Part shown: positions 1 to 7,793 of the stretch, in pieces
Numbering within the stretch: position 1 is the stretch's first letter
Layout: every line of letters starts with the position of its first letter
From: an archaeon
GTDB lineage: Archaea > Iainarchaeota > Iainarchaeia > Iainarchaeales > CSSED10-239
Length of the DNA stretch: 32,000 nucleotides
Assembly (NCBI GenBank): GCA_035387745.1
Contig: DAOOON010000001.1
Span: forward strand, 43,622-75,621
Direction of reading: 5' to 3'
Translations under genes and position numbers: made by a program
Notes under the pieces: model-generated
The model's database searches: none
What the model saw: only the letters and a program-made list of their open reading frames with translations
Told to the model about the DNA's origin: nothing

Positions 1-902
1 CTAAACAACGTGTTTCTAAGAGCAATCATAGAAACTTCTGCCATCACTGGGTCTAGGTCGCCAGTTGTAAGTTCTTGTGCACTTATTCTTTCTCTTTTGG
101 TTTTTCCTTTTTCAATTTTTAATAATTTTCCTTGAAATTTAGGCACGCCTTCAATATCTGTAATACTAAATTTATTAATATCAACATCTCCAAAATAATA
201 ATCTAGTTTTGGTTTAGAATATCGCGTTGCAAAAAACATCGCAGAATAACTTTTAATTTTTGGGTCAATGTCTGCTAAAACCAGCTGAAGCCTTTTAACA
301 CTTGTGCCATTGTATCCGCTATCTATAACAACAACAGGTCTTTTAAGATTAATATTTTGTTTAATCCATTTTTTAAGTTCAATAATTGCAGAAGTTAATG
401 GTATTTTCTTTGCCATTTTTTTTAATCTTAAAGAATTAGATTCTAGCAACATATATTCTTTAGGGTGAATATCAGCAATTAGTTTAGTGTCTGTGTGTTC
501 TTCCGCTTCTTTACTGGATAGTATTTTTTTAAATTGTTCTTTTTTAAATCCATATTGAGAACAAAGCTCTCTTGCTATAAACATATATGGTAAAGCATCT
601 CTGTCAATAAAAACAAACTCTGCATTTCTTAGTTTTGGATCTTTTGAAAATCTTTTAAGCATAGAAATTGTTTGGTTAATTATTTCTTTAGCGTTTTGTC
701 TATAGGTTCTATATTTTAAGTAAACTTTCTGTTTATCTATAAACTTTCTATTTTCTGTTTTAAAATCTGTTTTTTTAAGATCAGATTGGCTTTCTAATTC
801 CGATATTTGCTGTCGTTTTCGTTTTTCTAATCTTTCAAAGAAATTTCCGGTCTTTGTCTTACTTCCAAAGGTCTTGAATGCTTTTGTTTTACCAATTGCC
901 AT
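1..902 (-). CDS. Hypothetical protein; start codon present, runs off the left edge (at least 300 codons); absent from the supplied ORF track
   Basis: Hand translation of the reverse strand from the ATG (complement of 900-902) stays open to position 1. Sequence reads MAIGKTKAFKTFGSKTKTGNFFERLEKRKRQQ...AEFVFIDRDALPYMFIARELC...RPVVVIDSGYNGTSVKRLQLVL...GDLDPVMAEVSMIALRNTLF. No family recognised. Confidence 0.6.
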   Translation of the reverse strand, partial: MAIGKTKAFKTFGSKTKTGNFFERLEKRKRQQISELESQSDLKKTDFKTENRKFIDKQKVYLKYRTYRQNAKEIINQTISMLKRFSKDPKLRNAEFVFIDRDALPYMFIARELCSQYGFKKEQFKKILSSKEAEEHTDTKLIADIHPKEYMLLESNSLRLKKMAKKIPLTSAIIELKKWIKQNINLKRPVVVIDSGYNGTSVKRLQLVLADIDPKIKSYSAMFFATRYSKPKLDYYFGDVDINKFSITDIEGVPKFQGKLLKIEKGKTKRERISAQELTTGDLDPVMAEVSMIALRNTLF

Positions 903-927
903 AATTATTCTGTTTTTCTTTAAAAAA

Positions 928-1001
928 CGGGTTTGGGAGGATTTGAACCCCCGTCAGCAGGTCCGAAGCCAGCTGCACTATCCAGGCTATGCTACAAACC
1001 C
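928..1001 (-). tRNA. tRNA-Arg, anticodon UCG, 74 nt, no intron, no encoded CCA
   Basis: The reverse complement GGGTTTGTAGCATAGCCTGGATAGTGCAGCTGGCTTCGGACCTGCTGACGGGGGTTCAAATCCTCCCAAACCCG folds as a cloverleaf. Acceptor stem is 7 bp (GGGTTTG/CAAACCC) and D stem is GCAT/GTGC. The anticodon stem GCTGG/CCTGC has one U-U mismatch, with loop CTTCGGA. The T arm is GGGGG-TTCAAAT-CCTCC. Confidence 0.85.
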
Positions 1002-1023
1002 ATTTATAAAAATATTCTTTCTA

Positions 1024-1036
1024 TAATATTTATAGT
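1024..1036 (-). promoter_or_regulatory. Putative archaeal TATA box for the tRNA gene
   Basis: The reverse strand reads ACTATAAATATTA, centred about 29 nt upstream of the tRNA 5' end. That spacing fits archaeal promoters. Confidence 0.3.
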
Positions 1037-1089
1037 ATAAGTAATACTTTAAAGTATTCGTTTTTTAAGTTATTAAGGAGTGTTAACAA

Positions 1090-1245
1090 ATGGATAAATG
1101 TACAAGCTGTAACAAAGAAGTTACAACAGACTATACACAGTTTAAATGCCCATCTTGTGGCAAAAATAAAATCATAAGATGTACAAGATGTAAAACCACA
1201 TCAAAGACCTATAGATGTAAAGAATGTGGCTTTATTGGACCTTAA
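1090..1245 (+). CDS. Small zinc-ribbon protein (51 aa, four CxxC pairs), of the type usually encoded next to aEF-1beta in archaea; absent from the ORF track
   Basis: Translation is MDKCTSCNKEVTTDYTQFKCPSCGKNKIIRCTRCKTTSKTYRCKECGFIGP*. A TAAGGAG Shine-Dalgarno-like motif lies about 10 nt upstream. The gene sits 13 nt upstream of aEF-1beta. Confidence 0.75.
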   Translation: MDKCTSCNKEVTTDYTQFKCPSCGKNKIIRCTRCKTTSKTYRCKECGFIGP

Positions 1246-1258
1246 AAGGTGAAAATTT

Positions 1259-1528
1259 ATGGGAGACATTCTAACAGTTTATAAACTATTTCCAGAAGAA
1301 ATAGAAGATACAGAGAAAATTCAGGAGTTTATTAAAAACAACTCTCCAGGAACAGAGTTTAGACTTAATACTGTTGACTTAGAACCAATAGGTTTTGGTT
1401 TATCAGTAGTTAAGGTTTCTTATGTTTTTTCTGATAAAGTAGATGGTCTTTTAGATAAGCTTGAAGGCTTTTTAAAAGGGATTTCTGGAGTAAATGAAAT
1501 AGAGGTTATTGCAACCACCCTAATTTAG
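1259..1528 (+). CDS. ef1b: Translation elongation factor aEF-1 beta
   Basis: The 89-aa size and sequence pattern (VDLEPIGFGLSVVKVSYVFSDKVDG...GVNEIEVIATTLI) are typical of archaeal EF-1beta. A GGTGA motif lies upstream of the ATG. Confidence 0.85.
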   Translation: MGDILTVYKLFPEEIEDTEKIQEFIKNNSPGTEFRLNTVDLEPIGFGLSVVKVSYVFSDKVDGLLDKLEGFLKGISGVNEIEVIATTLI

Positions 1529-1580
1529 TTTTTTTAATAAAAAAGAATGGTTTTAAAACTATTCCTTTCTTTCTTTTTAG
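1529..1580 (+). terminator. Putative terminator: T7 run directly after the stop, then a hairpin plus a T-rich tract
   Basis: TTTTTTT occupies 1529-1535. A stem GAATGG (1545-1550) / CTATTC (1559-1564) encloses the loop TTTTAAAA and is followed by CTTTCTTTCTTTTT. Confidence 0.3.
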
Positions 1581-1583
1581 TAT

Positions 1584-2036
1584 ATGTTTACTAAAAAAGG
1601 TCAACTTTCAATAGAGGTTCTAATAATTATAATTTTTTTTATTACCTTTATCTATGTTTATAATAATTTAGCAGAGCAAACAGTTTATTCTTTAGAAGTA
1701 AATAAGATAAAAGAGCAAGAGCTAACAATTGCTCTTTCTGTTAATGAGTTTTTAGAAGCGCAAAAAAATATTTTAGCAGACTCAACTATTGTAGATTATA
1801 ATGCAACCTATCGTTTGCCAACAATAGCAATAGCAAGTAGAAAATTAACTTCCTGTTTTGTAGATATTAATCTTGACACACAACAGCTGATTGTTCAAAC
1901 AGATTATTCTAATATTCACACAGATATAGATATTAATCTTTCAAGCACAGATTTTAATATTTCGGGCATTATAAGTTGCGGGCAGACAATTGTGTGTGAT
2001 AAACCCTCAACAAAAATAGAGTGTAGACAAATATGA
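1584..2036 (+). CDS. Secreted/surface protein with class III (type IV pilin-like) signal peptide
   Basis: The N-terminus MFTKKG|QLSIEVLIIIIFFITFIY matches the archaeal QxSxExxx[LI] class III signal motif. The mature part contains five Cys. Confidence 0.7.
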   Translation: MFTKKGQLSIEVLIIIIFFITFIYVYNNLAEQTVYSLEVNKIKEQELTIALSVNEFLEAQKNILADSTIVDYNATYRLPTIAIASRKLTSCFVDINLDTQQLIVQTDYSNIHTDIDINLSSTDFNISGIISCGQTIVCDKPSTKIECRQI

Positions 2037-2518
2037 TAAAGACAAAAAAAGGGCAAGTAATGTTATTAGATGTTTTATTTGCAGTAGTTATAGTTATACT
2101 TATGTTTTTCTTGTTATTAAAGTTTGTAGAAACAGACATCTACAAAACAAATGTGGACAGCAGAACAGAAGAGCTAACAAGTATTGGTTCTATAGCTTAT
2201 CAGAAGTTTTTGAATAATCCAAAGATTAATTGTAAAGTCACAGATTCACAAAATTCTTTTTATCTTCCAGGAACCATAGATACTTCTGAAACAATTACAA
2301 AAGCAGATTTGGGTATACCTGCAGATTATAATTGTCATACTGACCCAACAGTTGATGGCTGTCAAGCAACCGCCTTTTCTGGTCCATCCTACACCATTCA
2401 ATTTCCTGTAGTTACTTGTTCCACAGATTTAAACAAAAACACATATATCGATTATATTACAGATATTTATAATCCATCAACACAACTAATAACATTACAA
2501 GTATGGAGGGCGAGTTAA
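2033..2518 (+). CDS. Pilin-like protein with class III signal peptide
   Basis: The N-terminus is MIKTKKG|QVMLLDVLFAVVIVILMFFLLL. The mature part has four Cys. An ATGA overlap links it to the upstream gene. Confidence 0.65.
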   Translation: MIKTKKGQVMLLDVLFAVVIVILMFFLLLKFVETDIYKTNVDSRTEELTSIGSIAYQKFLNNPKINCKVTDSQNSFYLPGTIDTSETITKADLGIPADYNCHTDPTVDGCQATAFSGPSYTIQFPVVTCSTDLNKNTYIDYITDIYNPSTQLITLQVWRAS

Positions 2519-2811
2519 TGAAATCAAAGGCTTTTATATTTAGTGTTACTGCGCTTTATTTTGTTATGTTGTTTGTTTTATTTATGGGTCTGATTACTTA
2601 TACTTATCATAACGCAGTCTATAAGCAAACAACCTCGGTGGTTGATAAAACAGCAAGTGATTATATTCAAGGAAATGATTCTACATCTATTCCAACAAAT
2701 GGCTGGTGTGTAAGAAGAATAGTCTATGATGCAAACACACAAAGCAGTACCCAATCTCCAAGAGAAATAAAAACATATTGTGAGGATTATGGCACGCAAA
2801 GGTTTATTTGA
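2518..2811 (+). CDS. Small pilin-like/membrane-anchored protein
   Basis: Start chosen at the ATG at 2518 (MKSKAFIFSVTALYFVMLFVLFMGL). It has a GGAGGG motif 7 nt upstream and a TAATG overlap with the preceding stop. The ORF-track start at 2503 would include that SD motif. The protein has two Cys. Confidence 0.55.
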   Translation: MKSKAFIFSVTALYFVMLFVLFMGLITYTYHNAVYKQTTSVVDKTASDYIQGNDSTSIPTNGWCVRRIVYDANTQSSTQSPREIKTYCEDYGTQRFI

Positions 2812-3262
2812 ATTGGTTTTTATTTTAGTGATGCTTGTGTTAATGCTTCCAGCAACAATGCATCACAGCGCTATTGTTACCTATAGTGCCCAAGCTCAAG
2901 CAAACGATCTTTTGTTATTAACAGACCAAGCAATTGCTGATGCCCTTGCAGATGGCTCTCACAGCGGATGTTTAGCAAGTTCTAACCAAGTAGCTAGTTA
3001 TGTTAATAATCTTCAAACTGCATATCAAGATATAGGAAACAATTGTGAGATTTTAGTAAATGTTTCTGGCACAAATCCATATACCGGCGATGCAAATGTA
3101 ACTTGCTTTAAGAACAATGGCGATACCACCACATACATAAAGAAAAGAATGACTTTTAATAAAACAGTTACTGCAACTTCTGGTGGTGGAACCTGTAGAG
3201 TAATAGTTATTGATAACCTTTCTAGTGGAGCAAACCAAGTAGATTATAATCTTTCAACTTAA
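2789..3262 (+). CDS. Pilin-like protein with class III signal peptide
   Basis: Start chosen at the ATG at 2789 (MARKG|LFELVFILVMLVLMLP); the ORF-track start at 2780 is a GTG. The mature part has four Cys. It overlaps the preceding gene by 23 nt. Confidence 0.6.
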   Translation: MARKGLFELVFILVMLVLMLPATMHHSAIVTYSAQAQANDLLLLTDQAIADALADGSHSGCLASSNQVASYVNNLQTAYQDIGNNCEILVNVSGTNPYTGDANVTCFKNNGDTTTYIKKRMTFNKTVTATSGGGTCRVIVIDNLSSGANQVDYNLST

Positions 3263-5037
3263 GTAGTATAATAATATTTATTTTCTTTTTTCTGTTCTTG
3301 GTCTTTTTGTGAGCCTGGCTTATTTGCTCTTGGCCTCTTTGTCTCTGGGTCTTGCCTAAAAGTCATGTTTTCAATCTTTAAAAAGCTATTAAATGCTTCT
3401 TGTATGCCAGTGATGCCTTTTGCAAAGCCTTTTTCTCCAGGAGCCCCCTCAAACAGAAGCATTCTGTCTGAGATATAATCTAAGAGAAGAAGATCATGAT
3501 CAACAACAAACGCGCATTTCTCAGTTTTAGTTATGATGTTTTTAATAGCTGTAGAAACCACAAGCCTTAGTTCAACATCCAAGAACGCACTCGGCTCATC
3601 AATCAAGTAGATGTCTGCGCTCTTTGATAGGCAATTAGCTATAGCAACTTTTTGTAGTTCTCCTCCACTAAGTTCTCCAATCTTTTGATTAAATAAGCTT
3701 TCTAAATCAAATTGTCTTTTTAGTTCAGAGGATAAGATTTCTTGATCAATTTCTTTTCCACTAAACAAGTCTCTAACCAACATCTCTTGATCTAAGTCAA
3801 TATATTGTGGCTTGTATGATATTTTTAGTTTTAAATCAATATTATTTTCTTCTGATTTTTCAAGACCAGCTAAGACTTTAATAAATGTGGTTTTCCCAAT
3901 TGCGTTTGCCCCAAGTATTCCAATCACTTCGCCTCTGTTAACTTTTGCCTCGTTTGCCTCAAGCAAAAAGCTTCCTAGCTTTTTTGTAAAGCTCGGATAT
4001 TCAAAGAACAAAAGTCTTTTTGTTATGCCTTTGTCTTGTGTGGAGCTAAAGGTTATGGCATTTGTTCTAATCCTTATATTTTCTTCTTTTAAAAAGCCGT
4101 CTAGAAATTCGTTTATTCCTTTCTTTGTGGTCTTCTTGTTTGAGGAGATACCATATGCTTGTTTCTGTCCAAAGAACACATGCACAAAGTCGCTTAGGTA
4201 ATCCAAGATTGCAAGATCGTGTTCAATCAAAAGCATAGAATTTTCTGTAGTTATTTTTTCTCTTAGGATTTTTGCAATTCTAAATCTTTGCTTGATATCA
4301 AGAAATGTAGAATATTCATCAAAGAAATAAAGATTAGCAGCCTTTAAAAGAGTAGAAGCAATTGCAACTCTTTGTAGTTCTCCGCCAGATATTTCTTTTG
4401 GTGTTTTTTCAAGTAGTTTTTCAAGTTCTAGTTCTTTAATTATTTGCGCTTTATATTTTTCGTCTTTTGATATTCCATCTAAAAGCTCATATATTTTTTT
4501 GTTATAGGCTTTTGGGATGTCTTCTACCTTTTGTATCTTGTAAGCAATTGTTATCTTGTTATCTCTTAAGTCCTCAAAATGCTGTTGTATTGCTTTGCCT
4601 CTAAAGTATTCAATTACTTTTTCTTTGTCGCCAGGCAAGGAGTAGTCTCCAAAGTTAGGAACAAGGTTTCCGGATAAGATGTTAATTGCTGTAGTTTTCC
4701 CAGCACCGTTTCTTCCAATAACGCCAGTAATAAATCCGTTCTCTATAGTTGGCAAAGAAAACAATCTAAACATATTTTTTCCATATTGGTGAAGAGGGTT
4801 GTCTAGTTCCATTCCAATATTAATGATTGATATTGCTTTTTCTGGGCATCTGTTCTGGCATATGCCGCAGCCAGTACATAAGGTTTCATCAATTATTGGA
4901 AATATGTTTCCTTGTTCAACAATAATTGTTTCTTCGCCCATTCGTACCCCTGGGCAAAGTCTTTTACAAAGATAATTACAGTTCTTTGGTTGACATTTGT
5001 CTTTATCAACAATAGCAATTCGAATGTTTTTTGCCAT
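3259..5037 (-). CDS. abce1: ABCE1 / RNase L inhibitor-type ribosome recycling ATPase
   Basis: Two N-terminal 4Fe-4S Cys clusters are present (CQPKNCNYLCKRLCP and CTGCGICQNRCP). There are two ABC domains with Walker A GRNGAGKTT and GANAIGKTT and signatures SGGELQR and SGGELQK. Confidence 0.95.
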   Translation of the reverse strand: MAKNIRIAIVDKDKCQPKNCNYLCKRLCPGVRMGEETIIVEQGNIFPIIDETLCTGCGICQNRCPEKAISIINIGMELDNPLHQYGKNMFRLFSLPTIENGFITGVIGRNGAGKTTAINILSGNLVPNFGDYSLPGDKEKVIEYFRGKAIQQHFEDLRDNKITIAYKIQKVEDIPKAYNKKIYELLDGISKDEKYKAQIIKELELEKLLEKTPKEISGGELQRVAIASTLLKAANLYFFDEYSTFLDIKQRFRIAKILREKITTENSMLLIEHDLAILDYLSDFVHVFFGQKQAYGISSNKKTTKKGINEFLDGFLKEENIRIRTNAITFSSTQDKGITKRLLFFEYPSFTKKLGSFLLEANEAKVNRGEVIGILGANAIGKTTFIKVLAGLEKSEENNIDLKLKISYKPQYIDLDQEMLVRDLFSGKEIDQEILSSELKRQFDLESLFNQKIGELSGGELQKVAIANCLSKSADIYLIDEPSAFLDVELRLVVSTAIKNIITKTEKCAFVVDHDLLLLDYISDRMLLFEGAPGEKGFAKGITGIQEAFNSFLKIENMTFRQDPETKRPRANKPGSQKDQEQKKENKYYYTT

Positions 5038-5041
5038 AATT

Positions 5042-6277
5042 TTAACTCACAATTTTCTCATATTGTTTTTCTGTAATCTTTGCACCCAAGTATTTCATCT
5101 CCTCGAGCGTGAAATCAAAGTGCGTTATAAGGTCTGTTGTGCATTTGTTTGTTTTTGCAATAATTAACATAAATGGGAGATAGTCTCTTAAGATTATTCT
5201 CTTAGAACAATGTATTCTTTGTTTCATTTTCTCTACAACAGATTTTTGTAGAATCTTATCTTTAGTGGTATACATTCTCATGACTCTTGGAAACTGAAAT
5301 GGAGTATATCCACTACTTATTTCTCTTTCTTTCTTAGAATAAGCAACACCGACAGTCAAGTAGTCAAAAACATACTTTAAAAGAACCCAGTTGCTGCCTC
5401 TTATCCTTGAGTAATTGATATCGGCTTTACTTAGATTATCAAAGGCACGATTAAGATTATTTGCGTTCTTGTATTGTCTAGGAATATTCTCCTCAACCCA
5501 AAGCATTAACAAGTCCCAATTGATATTTAGGCTGTCAATAACATTACGAGTTTCATAAAAGTCTTTTGGGTAAAATATTTTCTGTAAAACCTTAAACACA
5601 TCCTCGTCTTTCTTTCTATCGCCAAGGCTTTCGGTGTCTTCTAATGTTATTTTTTTATTAAAAGATAGAGTGTAGATATCAATCATTGTTGCTCTGACAT
5701 CGTTAGCAGCATTTTCAATAATACTATTTAGAGCCACAAGATCATAATCAATTTCTTCTTTATCGCAAATCTCTTTAGCAAACTTTAGAATTGAAGGTTT
5801 ATGTGGAAGATCAAATTTTATTTTTTCGCATTTTTCAAAGATTGGCCGTAGTTTTTTATTCTCGTAAGGGTCGTTAGCAATAATTATGATTGGCTGTTTA
5901 GATTTGTCAAAGGTTTTTTCAAGCTCTGTAAAAAAACCAAAGTCTTCTCCGCCTTTCTTATCAGCAACAGAGTCAATCTCATCAATTAATACTAGTCTTG
6001 TTGTTCCAAAAAGAGTGTTACTAGTGCATGCCGCATTAAGCAAGTTCTTTGTGTTTTCTTTGTCTCTTAAGTCAGAAGCATCAGTTGTTAGTATTGCCCA
6101 TTTTTTTTCTTTTGCTAAGAGATTAGCAACTAAAGTTTTACCAATACCAGGGGCTCCATAGATAAATAAAGGTTTATCATGTTTCTCACTCCATCTTCTT
6201 ATGGTTTCAATTGCTGGCTTGTTTCCAACAATTTCCTCAAGGCTTTTTGGAGTGTATTTATCAAAAAAGCTCTTCAT
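5042..6277 (-). CDS. rfcL: Replication factor C, large subunit
   Basis: AAA+ clamp-loader pattern: Walker A GAPGIGKT and Walker B LIDEID. The N-terminus FDKYTPKSLEEIVGN is typical of archaeal RFC. The 411-aa size fits the large subunit. Confidence 0.85.
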   Translation of the reverse strand: MKSFFDKYTPKSLEEIVGNKPAIETIRRWSEKHDKPLFIYGAPGIGKTLVANLLAKEKKWAILTTDASDLRDKENTKNLLNAACTSNTLFGTTRLVLIDEIDSVADKKGGEDFGFFTELEKTFDKSKQPIIIIANDPYENKKLRPIFEKCEKIKFDLPHKPSILKFAKEICDKEEIDYDLVALNSIIENAANDVRATMIDIYTLSFNKKITLEDTESLGDRKKDEDVFKVLQKIFYPKDFYETRNVIDSLNINWDLLMLWVEENIPRQYKNANNLNRAFDNLSKADINYSRIRGSNWVLLKYVFDYLTVGVAYSKKEREISSGYTPFQFPRVMRMYTTKDKILQKSVVEKMKQRIHCSKRIILRDYLPFMLIIAKTNKCTTDLITHFDFTLEEMKYLGAKITEKQYEKIVS

Positions 6278-6316
6278 AATATAATATAACTAAAGAAAGT
6301 ATTAAAATAGGTTTAT

Positions 6317-7267
6317 TTAGATTTTTTTGTCTTCGTTTTTTGTGTTTTTCAAGACATCAGCAAAGCTTTGCTTTTTCTTGGATGCTTTTTCTAGTAATTT
6401 CTTTTTCTTAGTTTCCCATTTTTTTCCAGTTCTTGTCTTTGCAAGTCCACCCCTTGCTGTTTCTTTTAATTCATCATCCATTCTGTTTCCAATCTCATCC
6501 ATAGCGCTTGCAACTTCGTCAAAAGGGATATAAGACTTGATTCCGGATAATGCCATCTGTGCAGCAACAAAAGCTATGCCGATGCTTGTTGCGTTTCTTT
6601 TTCTGCAAGGAACAGAAACAACACCTGCTACAGGATCACAAACAAGCCCAAGCATATTTTTTAATGCAAGTGCTGCAGCATTTTCGACCATCTCTGGGTT
6701 AGTGTTGTCTTTATAGAGAAGATGAATGATTGCTCCTGCTGCCATTGCAGTAGCAGAGCCACATTCTGCTTGACAGCCGTGTGCTGCTCCAGAGATTGAT
6801 GCGTTTTTAATAATTGATAGTTCTATTGCTGCAGCAGTCAAGAGTGCATTTTGAATATCTTTCTCTGAACAATTATAATCCTGGGAAACAGCCATGATAC
6901 AGCCAGGAACTATTCCTGAGGAGCCGGCAGTTGGGCAAGCAATGACTGTTCCCATGTTAAGATTATTTTCGCTGATTGCTAATGCATAAACGCAGGCCTT
7001 ATGAAGGGTATTACCTAGGATTCTAGTTTTCTTGTTTGCCATCTTTATGGAATCAGAAGAAAACATAAGATTCTTGAATTTGTAGTTCCCTTTAAGTCCT
7101 GAAGTTATTCCTCTATTAAATGTGTTTATGGAATTATTTAGTTTATTTGAAATCTCTTTATCGCTTCTCTTAAAACTAACTCTCTCATCTTCTTTTACAA
7201 TTTCTGCAATTGTTATTTTTCGTTCTTTTGCAAGTTTAACAATATCTCTAAGTATATACTCGGTCAT
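6317..7267 (-). CDS. sdaAA: L-serine dehydratase (Fe-S type), alpha subunit, with a Lys-rich C-terminal tail
   Basis: Motifs CPTAGSSGIVPG, GCQAECGSATAMAA and GLVCDPV are characteristic of SdaAA. A 4-nt overlap links it to the upstream beta subunit gene. Confidence 0.85.
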   Translation of the reverse strand: MTEYILRDIVKLAKERKITIAEIVKEDERVSFKRSDKEISNKLNNSINTFNRGITSGLKGNYKFKNLMFSSDSIKMANKKTRILGNTLHKACVYALAISENNLNMGTVIACPTAGSSGIVPGCIMAVSQDYNCSEKDIQNALLTAAAIELSIIKNASISGAAHGCQAECGSATAMAAGAIIHLLYKDNTNPEMVENAAALALKNMLGLVCDPVAGVVSVPCRKRNATSIGIAFVAAQMALSGIKSYIPFDEVASAMDEIGNRMDDELKETARGGLAKTRTGKKWETKKKKLLEKASKKKQSFADVLKNTKNEDKKI

Positions 7268-7680
7268 AAAGATGCAACCTCGTTAAATTTTATTCTCCCG
7301 CCACCAATAGAAGTGCCTCTAAAAAATCTGGTGATATTTGCTTTGTTTTTTACTGCAAGAAACACTGTATTAGGATGGTATTTTTCATCAATGTGATGAT
7401 GCCATTCAATCTTTATGCCTTTACTATACGCATATTCAAAAGAGAACGGGATCTTTGGGTCTGTTTCTTTAAACCCCAAAAGCCCAGCAACAAGTGCGCT
7501 CTTTGTCATGTGTGCGTCTCCAGTGTCTGCTAATGAGTTATAAAGAACAATTTTTACTGCTTTAATATCTTTTACTTTACCAGATACCTTAAGGCCGATG
7601 TTCATTACTCCTGCAGTATGAGAGCTAGAAGGCCCGACAATCTCAGAAGTAACAAGGTCAAGTAAGCTTATGTATGGCAT
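7264..7680 (-). CDS. sdaAB: L-serine dehydratase (Fe-S type), beta subunit (short, 138 aa)
   Basis: The N-terminal GPSSSHTAG motif is typical of the beta domain. The gene is translationally coupled to sdaAA. Confidence 0.75.
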   Translation of the reverse strand: MPYISLLDLVTSEIVGPSSSHTAGVMNIGLKVSGKVKDIKAVKIVLYNSLADTGDAHMTKSALVAGLLGFKETDPKIPFSFEYAYSKGIKIEWHHHIDEKYHPNTVFLAVKNKANITRFFRGTSIGGGRIKFNEVASL

Positions 7681-7793
7681 ATTAATCTTTCTCCAATTTC
7701 TATTATTATGATAAACAAAAAATATTATAAATAGCTTGTCTTATAATTACCTTTTTAAAATAATTGTTGTTTATTCTAATAGAGTGAATAATT
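7681..7793. promoter_or_regulatory. Divergent promoter region (sdaAB leftward, PCNA rightward)
   Basis: This is an AT-rich spacer with TATA-like elements: AATATTATAAATAG (7721-7734) and TTTTTAAAATAA (7753-7764). The second lies about 30-40 nt upstream of the PCNA ATG. Confidence 0.3.

Noticed and set aside
3812-4201. Plus-strand ORF of 129 aa inside ABCE1. Similar antisense ORFs occur at 2578-2799, 3053-3238, 5886-6161, 6327-6533, 8111-8458, 9912-11387 (four ORFs), 13398-13673, 13966-14157, 16723-16944, 17791-18087, 20739-20999, 21530-21988, 26824-27147, 27324-27929 and 30070-30258.
   Set aside because: Each lies antisense to, or out of frame within, a gene with strong family motifs. The translations are low-complexity Phe/Ser/Leu/Ile-rich, as expected for the reverse complement of Lys/Glu/Asn-rich AT-rich coding sequence. 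None has a start context or a recognisable domain.
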